Positions 18,262-27,887 of a stretch of 64,000 nt of DNA are shown piece by piece (the stretch's first letter is position 1; the number at the start of each line of letters is the position of its first letter). Position numbers and translations under genes: made by a program. Source of the stretch: an uncultured Verrucomicrobiae bacterium (GTDB taxonomy: Bacteria; Verrucomicrobiota; Verrucomicrobiia; Limisphaerales; J093); contig CAWJWM010000014.1 of NCBI GenBank assembly GCA_963846445.1, positions 21,304 to 85,303 of the forward strand. The letters run 5' to 3'. The notes beneath the pieces are model-generated. The model ran no database searches and was not told where the DNA came from. It saw nothing but the letters and a program-made list of their open reading frames with translations.

Positions 18262-21200
18262 ATGACTACCTCCACAACACACCCTCTGTTGCAGGGGCAT
18301 GTAGGCCGCGTGCCGTCACGCCACGCGATTTCTGCCGCTGGGCATGGCGCCGCACTCTTGGCCTTGTGGCTAACGGCCATCGCCTTCGCAGGCGATCCCG
18401 CCCCAGCGCCCGCCCCGGCCTCGGCGCAGACGCCTGCAGCCACGAGCGTCGCGGACCCGCCGACCATCGTCGAAGTCAACAAGATCGCCCTCGACGGCCA
18501 ACTCGACGCCGAGAAGGCCCGTCTCGTGATCGAGGCGGACCTGCGCGGGCTCACGCCGGCGCGTGACAAATCCATCTACAGCGCAGTCGTTCGCCAGGTC
18601 ATCGGTGTGGCGCGCGAGAAGCTCACCCACGCCATTTCAGTGCAAATCGAGGCCGTCCAGGGTGAATTGAAAGAGGTTGTCCTCCCCTTGTCCGGGGTGG
18701 GCGAGATCAAGCAGGTCACGAGCGATCAGCTTGAAGACTGGAGCGTCCGGCAGGCGCCCGGCGGCGCCCGCGCCCTCGTCCTGCGCGTGAAGAAGGCGGA
18801 GCAGCCGGTCAAGTCGCTCGCCGTCCAGATCGCCGCTGTAACGCCGTTGGGCGATCTCCCGCAAACGGTCACGCCGCTGGCTCTGGTTGGGGAACCGGCG
18901 TCTCTGAGCCATGGCTACGTGCGCATCGACACCCCGTCCGAACTCGCAATTCAACTCGGCAATCCCACCGGCGTGGCGCCGCTCGAATTGGGATTCCTGC
19001 CTGAGGATCTGCGCCCGACCGCGACGCCGGGCGGTCCCGAGGCTCTCGCGTTCCGCTTTCACGGCACAGCGTACGCCTTGCCCCTGACGCTCGCGGCGGC
19101 CGACCCGGAGGCATCCCGTGTCGTGCTCCATCAGTTTCGTTTGCGGGGCCGGCTCAGCGGCGATCAAGCGGCTTTTACATTGAACGCGGTCGCCCGGGTC
19201 AAGAATCCGAAAGGCGGCTCGCTGGCCCTGCTGTGGGGGCGTGCCGCGCTCACCGAAGTCAACTCGACAACCAACTGGCAATGGAAACTCGAAGGAGACA
19301 AGTATGTGGCGCGGTTCGACCGTGCGGGGGTGTACCCGCTTCAGCTCAAGTTCAACGCCGCGGTGCGCCAGACCAACGGCTGGAACGAGATCGATTTCGT
19401 CGTCGCACCCGGCGGGCCGGCCCCGGTGACGTTCGAGGGCTTGAAAGCCGACACCCAGTTCCGGTTCACCGACGCTGCCCGGCCCGAACTCGCGGGTGAT
19501 GAGTTTGTGAGTTTCCTTCCGCCGACCGGCCAGGTGCGGCTTGGGTGGAAAGAAGCCCGGCCCGAAACCGAGGGGACACTGTTCTACGCCGCGGAGGCAT
19601 GGTCGCAGATCGCGATCAGCCCCGGCCTGATGCGGCAGACTGCGCTGCTGGATTTCAAGGTGATGCAGGGCGAACTCAACCGCGTCGCGCTGCGCCTGCG
19701 GGGCGCCGGCGAGGTCACGCGCGTGCAAGGACCAGCCGTGCTGGCCTGGGCCGTCGAGGCGGTTCCCGAGACTGCCGAACGCCGTTTGACAGTGCAATTG
19801 AACCAGGCCCAGAAGGATCAATTCTCGTTTCAGGTCCAGTTGCAGACGCCGCTGGGCGCGTTCCCCCAAGCCGTTGACGCGATGCAGGTGCTGCCCGAGG
19901 GCACCACCCGGTTCGGCGGCTACTTCCGCGTCGTCAACGAAGGCGCCGTGCGCCTCGAAGTGGTGCAGGCCAGCGGCCTGTCCCAGATTTCGCCCGAGCA
20001 ATTTCCGCAGACCGAGGCCACCAAGGCGCTTCTGTCGGAGCAGACCACACAGATGTTTGCCTACCGTTTTTCGGGGGGCGCGTTCGAGTTGCGGGTGCAG
20101 GCGGACAACATCCTGCCCGAGTTGGCGGTGTCGGCGGTGCTGTCGTATCACCTCGGCGAGACCGAGTTGGCGATCGACGCCGAGTTCGAAGTGGACGTGC
20201 GCGAGGCCCCGTTGCGCGAGATGGTGCTGCGTGTCCCAAAGGGCTATGCGGTGGCGCGTCTGAACGCGCCTGGTCTTAGCGACTATTTCCCCACTGAGAG
20301 CGCCGACCAGCCCGACGCCCAAATCCGGCTGGTGTACGGCAGCCCCGTTTCGGGCCGACAGGCTGTGCAGTTGCGTCTCGAACGCAACCAGCCCCTGGCC
20401 GAATCCGCCTGGCGCCTGCCCCGGATCGACGTCGTGAAAGCGAAATCGGTGCGCGGACACGTGGGCGCCACCGCGGACGCCGGCTTTCGCCTGACGCCCG
20501 GCGCGACCCAAGGGCTGACCGAGATCGCCGGGGCGTTTTTTCCAAGAAAGCTGGCCAACATTCAGGCTGCTTTCCGCGTGAGCGACGCGGCGTGGCAGGC
20601 GACGCTGAACGTCGAGCGACTGCCGCAGTCGATCCAGGCCGATGTGTTCCACCTGTTTTCGATTGGCGAGGGCATTGCCTACGGCAGCAGCATCATCAAT
20701 TACGTCGTTTCCGGCGCGCCGATCGCGACTTTCCGGATCGAGTTGTCGGGGGAGTACTTCAACCCCGAGTTCACCGGCAAGGATGTGCGGAGCTGGCAGA
20801 AGACCGATGGTGGCTACCAGGTTCAATTGCACACGCCGGTCGCCGGAGCGTACACGTTGCTGGCCACCTACGAGCGTCCGTTCAAGGCCCAGGGCGAAAC
20901 CCTCACCTTCGCCGGCGCGCGCCCGCTCGACGCGCAGTCGGAACAGGGCCACACGATTGTCGTGAGCGCCTACCAGTTCCAGGTGGAGCCGGTGAACCTC
21001 TCGAGTTCGCTGCTGCCGCTCGAAACGGGCGAAGTGCCCCCCGAATACCGCCTGTTTTTCGACGCGCCGATCCTCGCCGCGTACCGCTACACCGCGCGCC
21101 CCTTCAACCTCCAGCTCGAGTTGAAGCCGCTGGCCCAAGGCGAGACCATCCGCCAGGTCGTGGACCGCGCATCCCTCACCACACGGATCTCGGACGAGGG

Positions 21201-24200
21201 CCAAGTGGTCACCGACGCCCGCTACTTCGTGAAGAACAAGGGCGCGCCCCATCTCCGCGTCGTCATTCCGGAAGGAACCCAGCTCTGGTCGGTGACCGTC
21301 AATGGCGCGCCGGTCGTCCCCGTGACGAGCGACCGCGCGCATCTGATCCCGCTGCCGCAACACGCCGATGCCAACGCGGTCAACGACCTGCAGATCAAAC
21401 TGGCCGCCCGCGCCAAGGATCGCCAGCGCCTCACCGTCGCCGCCCCGGTCGTGTCCGCGCCCGTGCTGCTCGCCGAATGGCATCTGATCCCCGACACATC
21501 CCGGCGATTGGTCTATCGCCGAGGCCCATTGACGCCGGTCGGCGGTGTGATGGACATCGCCGGATTCGGAGGCCTGCGGCGTCTGCTCGCAGGCGAAACC
21601 CGCGAGCGCCTGCTGTTGGGCCTGGGGATGGCCTTGGCGATGACGATCATCGCCGTCTGGGTTTGGCGTTGGGCGAGCAGCCAAGGCGTGCAGAAGTTCG
21701 CGCTCCGCCATCTCTCGGGCGGCGTCGTGGCGCTCCTGGCGGTCGTCATGGTCGTTGTCATCCTGATGCAGCTCGTCGAGTTGGCCGGGGCAGCCAGAAT
21801 CGAGTCTCCCCGTGAACTGCGTTTCCTCGCTCCCGTCCAACAGGCGGACAGTGCGCTGGCGCTCGATGTCGCCAACGTGCCGTTGTCGCCTTCCTTGTTC
21901 GCCCTGGCATGGGCGCTGGCCCCGGCGGTGCCTGGCGTCCTCCTCTGGCTCTATTCGCTGGTCAGCGCGCGGGCTTGGTCGCGGATCCTCGCGCGGGTGC
22001 TGGGTTGGGTGTTGATCCTCTGGGCCGCGCTGCGCTGGCCCAATGGCGCGCCCCTGTTCTTTGGGATGCTGCTCGCCTTTGCGCTGCTTCACGTGTTCCT
22101 GCCGTGGTTCTGGCGCTGGTGGCACGCGCCCCGCAAACCCAGCCCGGACGCAGGAGGCATCGCGGCGACCACCGCACTGCTCATGCTCGGGGCCTGGTTG
22201 TTGCAGCCGGACGCGGCCCTGGCTCAATCTGTGCCAGCCACTGCGCCGGCGACGGAGAAGACGCCTCCCCTGGCCGAGTCCGTGATCCAGGACATCCGCG
22301 TCGAAGACCAGCATGCCATCGGATCGGCCCGAATCCGGTGGCAGGCGCGCAAAGGGGAAATCCTGCCCTTGCTACATGCGCCCGGCGTTTTGACACGGAT
22401 CGAGTACCCGACCAACCGCGCGCGGCTGGTCCAGGTGCCGGTGGCGGATTGGCGCGACCCGGCATTGCTGGCGGAGCAGACGGGGCTGTGCGACATCCAA
22501 CTGGAATACCAAGTGCAGACCGCCAGCCGCGAAGGAGAGCGTGGCTTTGGCCTGCCGACCGCGCATGGCCTGGTGAACCGCGTGACGCTCACGCTGGTTG
22601 GACTCGATGTCGAGTTGAACGCCCCCCAGGCGGTCTCCGTGCAACCCGACGCTTCAGGCCCATCCACCAACACCGTTGGGCGCTTGGTGCTGGCGCCGAC
22701 GCCCAACCCCTGGATCGGATGGCGACCCCGCAGCCGCGACACGCGGCTCGAGAAAGCAGTGTTTTATGCCGAGTTGAGCCAGCTCTACGTGCCCGGCGCC
22801 GGCGTCGTCGAGGGGTTGCATCAAGTCCAATTGCGGCCCGCACAAGGCGAACTGAGCGAACTCACGTTCGATGTGCCGTCGGGTTCGACCATCACGGATG
22901 TTGTGGCGCCGGGGCTCTCCCTGTGGCGATTCGATCCTCAGACCGGGCAGTTGCGGGTGCGTCTCACGCCGGCGCAGGCCAAGCCGTTCAGCGTGCTGGT
23001 GAAATCCCAGATCGCGACCGGTCCATTGCCCTTCGAGCAGACCGCCGGCCTGCTCGGCGTCCGAGGGGCGGCGGGACAACTGGGGCTGCTGGGAGTCGCC
23101 ACAGGCAACGAAGTGCAGTTGGACGACGTGCGCGCCGAGGACCTCTCCCCGATCAACCTCGAGGATTTTCCGGGCGCCGTGCTCGATCCCCTCCGCCCCG
23201 CCCTCCCCGGCCTGACGTTGCGTCGGGCCTTTCGGTACGCGGAGGCGCGGTCCACGGTGGCGCTCCGGGCGTCCGCCGTCGAGCCGGACATCCGTGTCGA
23301 GACCCAGCAGACGTTGTCTCTGGGCGAAGATCGGACGGTGCTGGCCGCCAACATCGAGGTCGAGGTGACGCGCGCCGGCATCTTCAAGCTGAGCTTCGTC
23401 CTGCCGGACACCCTCGACGTCGAGTCCATCAGCGGGGGCGTCTTGAGCCATTGGACCGAACTCAAGACCGATGCGGGGCGCGTGGTCACGCTGCATCTCA
23501 AGAGCAAGACGGAGGGCAAACAGACGTTCGCCGTCAGCCTGGCTGGGCCTGGAGTGCGAGCCGCGACGGGCTGGGCCGTGCCGCGCCTCAGTGTGCGCGA
23601 GGCGGGCAAACAGCGGGGGCAGTTGTTGATCGTGCCCGAGCAGGGCTTGCGTCTCCAGGTCGCCACGCGCGAAGGCGTGACCCAGCTTGACCCGCTCAAA
23701 GCCGGCGTCCGGCAGAAAGGCGTGCTCGCGTTCCGGCTCCTGCAATCGGACTGGCGCCTGGCCATGGATCTCGAGCGCGTGGATGCCTGGACCCAGGTGA
23801 CCAGTCTGCAGCACGTTGTCATTGGCGACGCGCAACTCAAGGTCGCCGTCAATCTCCAGTACGAAATCGAAAACACCGGCATCAAGGTCCTCGGGATCCG
23901 GCTGCCGGCCAACGCCGAGGGCGTCCGATTCCGCGGCGATCAAGTGGCGGATTTCCGCCCGCTCGAAGGTCCGACCAACACCGCCACCCGCGATTGGGAG
24001 GTCAAGCTCAACCGCCGCGTGATCGGCAAATACCTGCTTCAGGCCAACTACAGTTTGTCCATCCCCGAGCAGGCCGTCGAGACGGGCATCGTCGGCGTCG
24101 AAGCTCGGGACGTGAACGTGCAACGCGGATTCCTGACTGTGCAGGCCAGCGGGCGCTTGCAGGTGCGCCCCGACGCCCCGGCCGAATCCCTGCAACCCGC

Positions 24201-25413
24201 CGAATGGCAGTCGATCCCGCGCGCGCTCCAGCAGGATGTCGCCGCCACCGCCGCCAACTACACGTTCCGGCTGGTCGAGCCAGCCTACCGCCTGCCGGTG
24301 CGGATCGAGCGGCACGCTGCCGCCAAGCTGCTCCCAGCGCGCGTGCACAACGTCACGCTCACCTCGGTTGTGTCCGATGACGGGATCCTGCTCACCCAGG
24401 CGCGACTCGAGTTGGTGCCCGGCGACAAGCGGTTGCTGCATTTGATCCTGCCGGAGCGGGCGCGTTTCTGGTTCGCCTTTGTCAACCAAAGCAGCGTCTG
24501 GCCCTGGCGCGAGACCAACCAGGTGCTCATCCCGCTCGAACAACACTCGAAGACCGGCCAGTCCACGACCGTCGAGTTCTTCTATTCCGTCCAGGCCGGC
24601 ACCGCCCGGACACGCGCGCTCGACCTCGACTTAGTGGGCCCGCAGTTCGATCTCCCGCTCGAGAACATTACCTGGCGCATTTACCTCGGAGAACAATGGA
24701 AGCTCACGGACTGGAAAGGCGCGCTCCAACTCCAGGAGCAGCAACTGCTGGACGCCGGAGCTGCGATTGACCTCGAGACCTATGTGCGCAACGAAACGAC
24801 TCTCCAGCAGGAGAAAACCAGGGAGGCCGAACAGCTCCTCAGCATGGCCAATCGCCTGCTGGTCGAGGGCGATCCCGAACAGGCGCGCCGGGCGTTCACC
24901 ACGGCGTACGGCCTCTCCCAACACGACGACGCCTTCAACGAAGACGCCCGCGTCCAACTGCACAACCTCAAAATGCAGCAGGCGCTGGTCGGTCTGAACG
25001 TGCGCCAGGCCAAGGTCGCTGGGGAACCGGCGACCCTCGCCGCGACCCCGCGCAGCATGCGCGAAAGCCAGATCGCCAACTACACCCAGCAGGAAGCCAA
25101 ACAACTGATCGAACGGAATACCGCCGAAGACAACGCCTTTCAGATGCGCCTGGCCGAACGGCTCATCCAACAGCAGGACGCCGCCACCGCCAGCCCGGCC
25201 GCTATTCGGGCCACCGTCCCGGAACATGGCCGCCTGTTGACGTTCACCCGGCCCCTCGAAGTCGATCCCTGGGCCGATCTGAACCTCCATCTCGAAGCCC
25301 GTATTGTCCGGCCCACCGGCTTCTTCTTCCGCCTGGGCATCCTCATCGGCATGGTGGTCCTGGTCGCCCTGCTCGCCTGGCTCGGGCGCGCGAAACCAAC
25401 GGCAAGCAGGTGA
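18262..25413 (+). CDS. giant (2383 aa) membrane protein of unknown function: two homologous ~1000-aa extracytoplasmic modules separated by a TM cluster, plus a C-terminal coiled-coil-like region and TM anchor
   Basis: Uninterrupted ORF with GGAAGG 8 nt upstream of the ATG. Signal-like HGAALLALWLTAIAFAG. TM cluster ~21610-22210 and a terminal TM at 25321-25386. Confidence 0.8.
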   Translation: MTTSTTHPLLQGHVGRVPSRHAISAAGHGAALLALWLTAIAFAGDPAPAPAPASAQTPAATSVADPPTIVEVNKIALDGQLDAEKARLVIEADLRGLTPARDKSIYSAVVRQVIGVAREKLTHAISVQIEAVQGELKEVVLPLSGVGEIKQVTSDQLEDWSVRQAPGGARALVLRVKKAEQPVKSLAVQIAAVTPLGDLPQTVTPLALVGEPASLSHGYVRIDTPSELAIQLGNPTGVAPLELGFLPEDLRPTATPGGPEALAFRFHGTAYALPLTLAAADPEASRVVLHQFRLRGRLSGDQAAFTLNAVARVKNPKGGSLALLWGRAALTEVNSTTNWQWKLEGDKYVARFDRAGVYPLQLKFNAAVRQTNGWNEIDFVVAPGGPAPVTFEGLKADTQFRFTDAARPELAGDEFVSFLPPTGQVRLGWKEARPETEGTLFYAAEAWSQIAISPGLMRQTALLDFKVMQGELNRVALRLRGAGEVTRVQGPAVLAWAVEAVPETAERRLTVQLNQAQKDQFSFQVQLQTPLGAFPQAVDAMQVLPEGTTRFGGYFRVVNEGAVRLEVVQASGLSQISPEQFPQTEATKALLSEQTTQMFAYRFSGGAFELRVQADNILPELAVSAVLSYHLGETELAIDAEFEVDVREAPLREMVLRVPKGYAVARLNAPGLSDYFPTESADQPDAQIRLVYGSPVSGRQAVQLRLERNQPLAESAWRLPRIDVVKAKSVRGHVGATADAGFRLTPGATQGLTEIAGAFFPRKLANIQAAFRVSDAAWQATLNVERLPQSIQADVFHLFSIGEGIAYGSSIINYVVSGAPIATFRIELSGEYFNPEFTGKDVRSWQKTDGGYQVQLHTPVAGAYTLLATYERPFKAQGETLTFAGARPLDAQSEQGHTIVVSAYQFQVEPVNLSSSLLPLETGEVPPEYRLFFDAPILAAYRYTARPFNLQLELKPLAQGETIRQVVDRASLTTRISDEGQVVTDARYFVKNKGAPHLRVVIPEGTQLWSVTVNGAPVVPVTSDRAHLIPLPQHADANAVNDLQIKLAARAKDRQRLTVAAPVVSAPVLLAEWHLIPDTSRRLVYRRGPLTPVGGVMDIAGFGGLRRLLAGETRERLLLGLGMALAMTIIAVWVWRWASSQGVQKFALRHLSGGVVALLAVVMVVVILMQLVELAGAARIESPRELRFLAPVQQADSALALDVANVPLSPSLFALAWALAPAVPGVLLWLYSLVSARAWSRILARVLGWVLILWAALRWPNGAPLFFGMLLAFALLHVFLPWFWRWWHAPRKPSPDAGGIAATTALLMLGAWLLQPDAALAQSVPATAPATEKTPPLAESVIQDIRVEDQHAIGSARIRWQARKGEILPLLHAPGVLTRIEYPTNRARLVQVPVADWRDPALLAEQTGLCDIQLEYQVQTASREGERGFGLPTAHGLVNRVTLTLVGLDVELNAPQAVSVQPDASGPSTNTVGRLVLAPTPNPWIGWRPRSRDTRLEKAVFYAELSQLYVPGAGVVEGLHQVQLRPAQGELSELTFDVPSGSTITDVVAPGLSLWRFDPQTGQLRVRLTPAQAKPFSVLVKSQIATGPLPFEQTAGLLGVRGAAGQLGLLGVATGNEVQLDDVRAEDLSPINLEDFPGAVLDPLRPALPGLTLRRAFRYAEARSTVALRASAVEPDIRVETQQTLSLGEDRTVLAANIEVEVTRAGIFKLSFVLPDTLDVESISGGVLSHWTELKTDAGRVVTLHLKSKTEGKQTFAVSLAGPGVRAATGWAVPRLSVREAGKQRGQLLIVPEQGLRLQVATREGVTQLDPLKAGVRQKGVLAFRLLQSDWRLAMDLERVDAWTQVTSLQHVVIGDAQLKVAVNLQYEIENTGIKVLGIRLPANAEGVRFRGDQVADFRPLEGPTNTATRDWEVKLNRRVIGKYLLQANYSLSIPEQAVETGIVGVEARDVNVQRGFLTVQASGRLQVRPDAPAESLQPAEWQSIPRALQQDVAATAANYTFRLVEPAYRLPVRIERHAAAKLLPARVHNVTLTSVVSDDGILLTQARLELVPGDKRLLHLILPERARFWFAFVNQSSVWPWRETNQVLIPLEQHSKTGQSTTVEFFYSVQAGTARTRALDLDLVGPQFDLPLENITWRIYLGEQWKLTDWKGALQLQEQQLLDAGAAIDLETYVRNETTLQQEKTREAEQLLSMANRLLVEGDPEQARRAFTTAYGLSQHDDAFNEDARVQLHNLKMQQALVGLNVRQAKVAGEPATLAATPRSMRESQIANYTQQEAKQLIERNTAEDNAFQMRLAERLIQQQDAATASPAAIRATVPEHGRLLTFTRPLEVDPWADLNLHLEARIVRPTGFFFRLGILIGMVVLVALLAWLGRAKPTASR

Positions 25414-25452
25414 GATGCCCGGCTCTGAACGAAAACACGGAGATTGCGCGGG

Positions 25453-27676
25453 ATGAACCGGCGTCAGTTCCTGCAGGCGGGCGCGGTGGCCGGGGTCGCC
25501 CTGCGCACGGCGGGGCGATCCCGGGCGGACGAAGCCGCTGCGGTTCGCCCGTTCGCATTCGATCCCAGCCAGAACCTCATCCCCGCACCGCGGAATCCGA
25601 GCCAGTGGGAAACGTTTCGCAGGCAACTCGCAGCCTGGCGCGGCGCGGCGCGGCGTGAACTCGATTACGCCGACGCGCTGTACCGGCGACCGGATTTCGC
25701 GTGGGTCTCGCGTTGCTTTTCGTGCTGCTTCCTGATGCTGTGCGACGAGCGCTTCTACGATTCCCACTCGGGGCGATACCGTGTCGAGACCTTCCTCGCA
25801 GATGCCGACCTCGAGTTTGGCGGGTTCGACGGCGTCGTGCTCTGGCACGCCTACCCGCGCATTGGCGTGGACGACCGCAACCAGTTCGATTGCTATCGGG
25901 ACCAGCCCGGCGGCCTGGCGGGGCTGCGTCAGGCAAGCCGGTGTTTTCATCGTCACGGCGTGGCCGTCTTTGTCGACTACAACCCGTGGGACACGGGCAC
26001 GCGTCGGGAAGGCCGGAGCGACCTCGACGCGCTCGCCCAGATTGTGGGAGCGATCGAAGCCGACGGCATTTTCCTCGATACGATGAGTCAGGGTGCGGCC
26101 GAGTTCCGGGCCAGGCTCGACTCGGTGCGTCCGGGGGTCGCCCTCGAAGGCGAACTCGCCCTCCCGCTCGAGACACGTCCACGATCATCATCTCTCCTGG
26201 GCGCAGTGGTTCGACGACAGCGAGACACCGGGCGTGCTGCGGAACAAGTGGTTCGAGCGGCGCCACATGCAGCACCAGATCAAACGCTGGCACCGCGACC
26301 ACACCGGCGAACTGCACTGCGCCTGGATGAACGGCAGCGGCATGATGGTCTGGGACAACGTGTTCGGTTCGTGGGTTGGCTGGTGCGAACGTGACAAAGC
26401 CATCCTCCGTTCCATGCTCCCCATCCAACGCCGCTACGCCGATCTCTTCTGCGGCGAAGGATGGACGCCCTTGGTCGCCACCGAACAGGCCGGCATTTAT
26501 GCGAGTTTGTGGGAGTTGCCCGGTCGCCGTCTCTGGACGCTCGTGAACCGGACGACCAAGCCGGTCGAAGGCGCGCTCTTGCGCGCGGTGTTGAACCCAG
26601 GCGAGCGGGTCTACGACTTGATCCGGGGCGGCCCGGCGCCAGTGAGAATGCAGGCGCAGGCCGCGAGCAAGACCGACGTCGCAAGCGGACCGATCGCCTG
26701 GAGCGGAGCGGAGTCCACTGCCGTCGAGGGCCGCATTCCCGCCCGCGGAATCGCCGCGTTTCTCGCCGCCGATCGCCGGCACCTGGGCGGGAGCTTCAAA
26801 CGATTCCTGCGCCGACAAGCGCAAACCAGCGCGCGGGCGAGCGATGACACGGCCTTCCCGGCACGATCGGCTGTGCTGGTCGTGCCGGACCGGGTGGTGA
26901 GCCCCGCGGTTGCGGCGCCGCCGCAGATGGTGGGGATTCCCGGCATTCGTTTCACGCTGCGCTCGGTTTTCCGGCTGCGCGAGTGCGGGTGCTACGAATC
27001 GGTCCACACCCACTTCTCCGCCGGGGGCAGCCCGAAATTGCACGAGCCGATCGCGTTCGAACGCGAAGTCACTCTGACGCCTTATGCCATCGACTTGACA
27101 CCGGTGACCAACGGACAGTTCGCGCGGTTTCTGGAACAATCGGGGTATCGCCCGCGACACCGCGAGAACTTCCTCAAACATTGGCGCGCAGACAGTCCTC
27201 CTCCGAAGCTTCAGGATCATCCGGTGGTCTACGTCGACCTGGAAGACGCCCGGGCTTACGCCCGCTGGGCCGGCAAGCGGCTGCCGACGGAAGCGGAATG
27301 GCAGCACGCCGCCCAGGGACCAGACGCGCTCCGTTTTCCCTGGGGCAACGAGTTCGATCCAAACCGCTGCAATGCCGGCGCGCAGGGAGGCACCACGAGC
27401 ACCACGGCATTTCCCAACGGACGGAGTCCGTTCGGGTGCTATGACCTGTGCGGCAACGTCTGGGAACTGACCGAGAGCGAACGCTCGGACGGCAGCACGC
27501 GTTTCTGTTTGCTCAAGGGAGGCTCGTTCTTCCGGGCGGAGGGATCGGCTTGGTACTTTGATGGCGGACCGCAGCCCAACGCGTTTGTCGTCAAGTTGCT
27601 GCTCGCATGGCCAGGGCTCGACCGGTGCGCGACGATCGGTTTTCGGTGTGCCGTGGACATGGCCCTCGCTCGCTGA
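25453..27676 (+). pseudogene. TAT-signal protein: N-terminal TIM-barrel/glycosidase-like domain fused to a C-terminal FGE-sulfatase (SUMF1-like) domain; one apparent +1 frameshift near 26173
   Basis: MNRRQFLQAGAVAG twin-arginine signal. The path ..EGELALPLE (frame 1) continues as HVHDHHLSWAQWF (frame 2). C-terminal motifs VTNGQFARFLEQSGY, RLPTEAEWQHAA, GNVWELT and IGFRCAVD. Confidence 0.75.
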
Positions 27677-27887
27677 CCTCGGACCGACCGCCCTGCAGGG
27701 TACCCTCAGCCCACATTTTTCGTGAAAGAACGGCGGGGCCATGGTATTCCGCGCTCACGAACCACGAACCAGCCGAGTCGGTCCGCCGCAGTCGACTGTC
27801 TGAACCGACGCGAGCGCTCAGCGGACAGACGCCTGGGGCAGAGCGTGCGCACCGCAAGACTCGGTGGGGCGGAACGAACATGAGCCT

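Noticed and set aside
18637-24546. Very long antisense ORFs (18637..22314, 1225 aa, and 22654..24546, 630 aa) opposite the giant gene. Similar overlapping ORFs occur elsewhere (e.g. 2493..3989, 11581..12642, 25577..27742, 31702..34113, 54647..56029, 58535..60148).
   Set aside because: Their translations are dominated by Arg/Gly/Pro/His/Asp runs with no hydrophobic periodicity or recognisable motifs. They are exactly antisense to ORFs with clear protein features. This is the usual stop-codon-poor artefact of GC-rich DNA.
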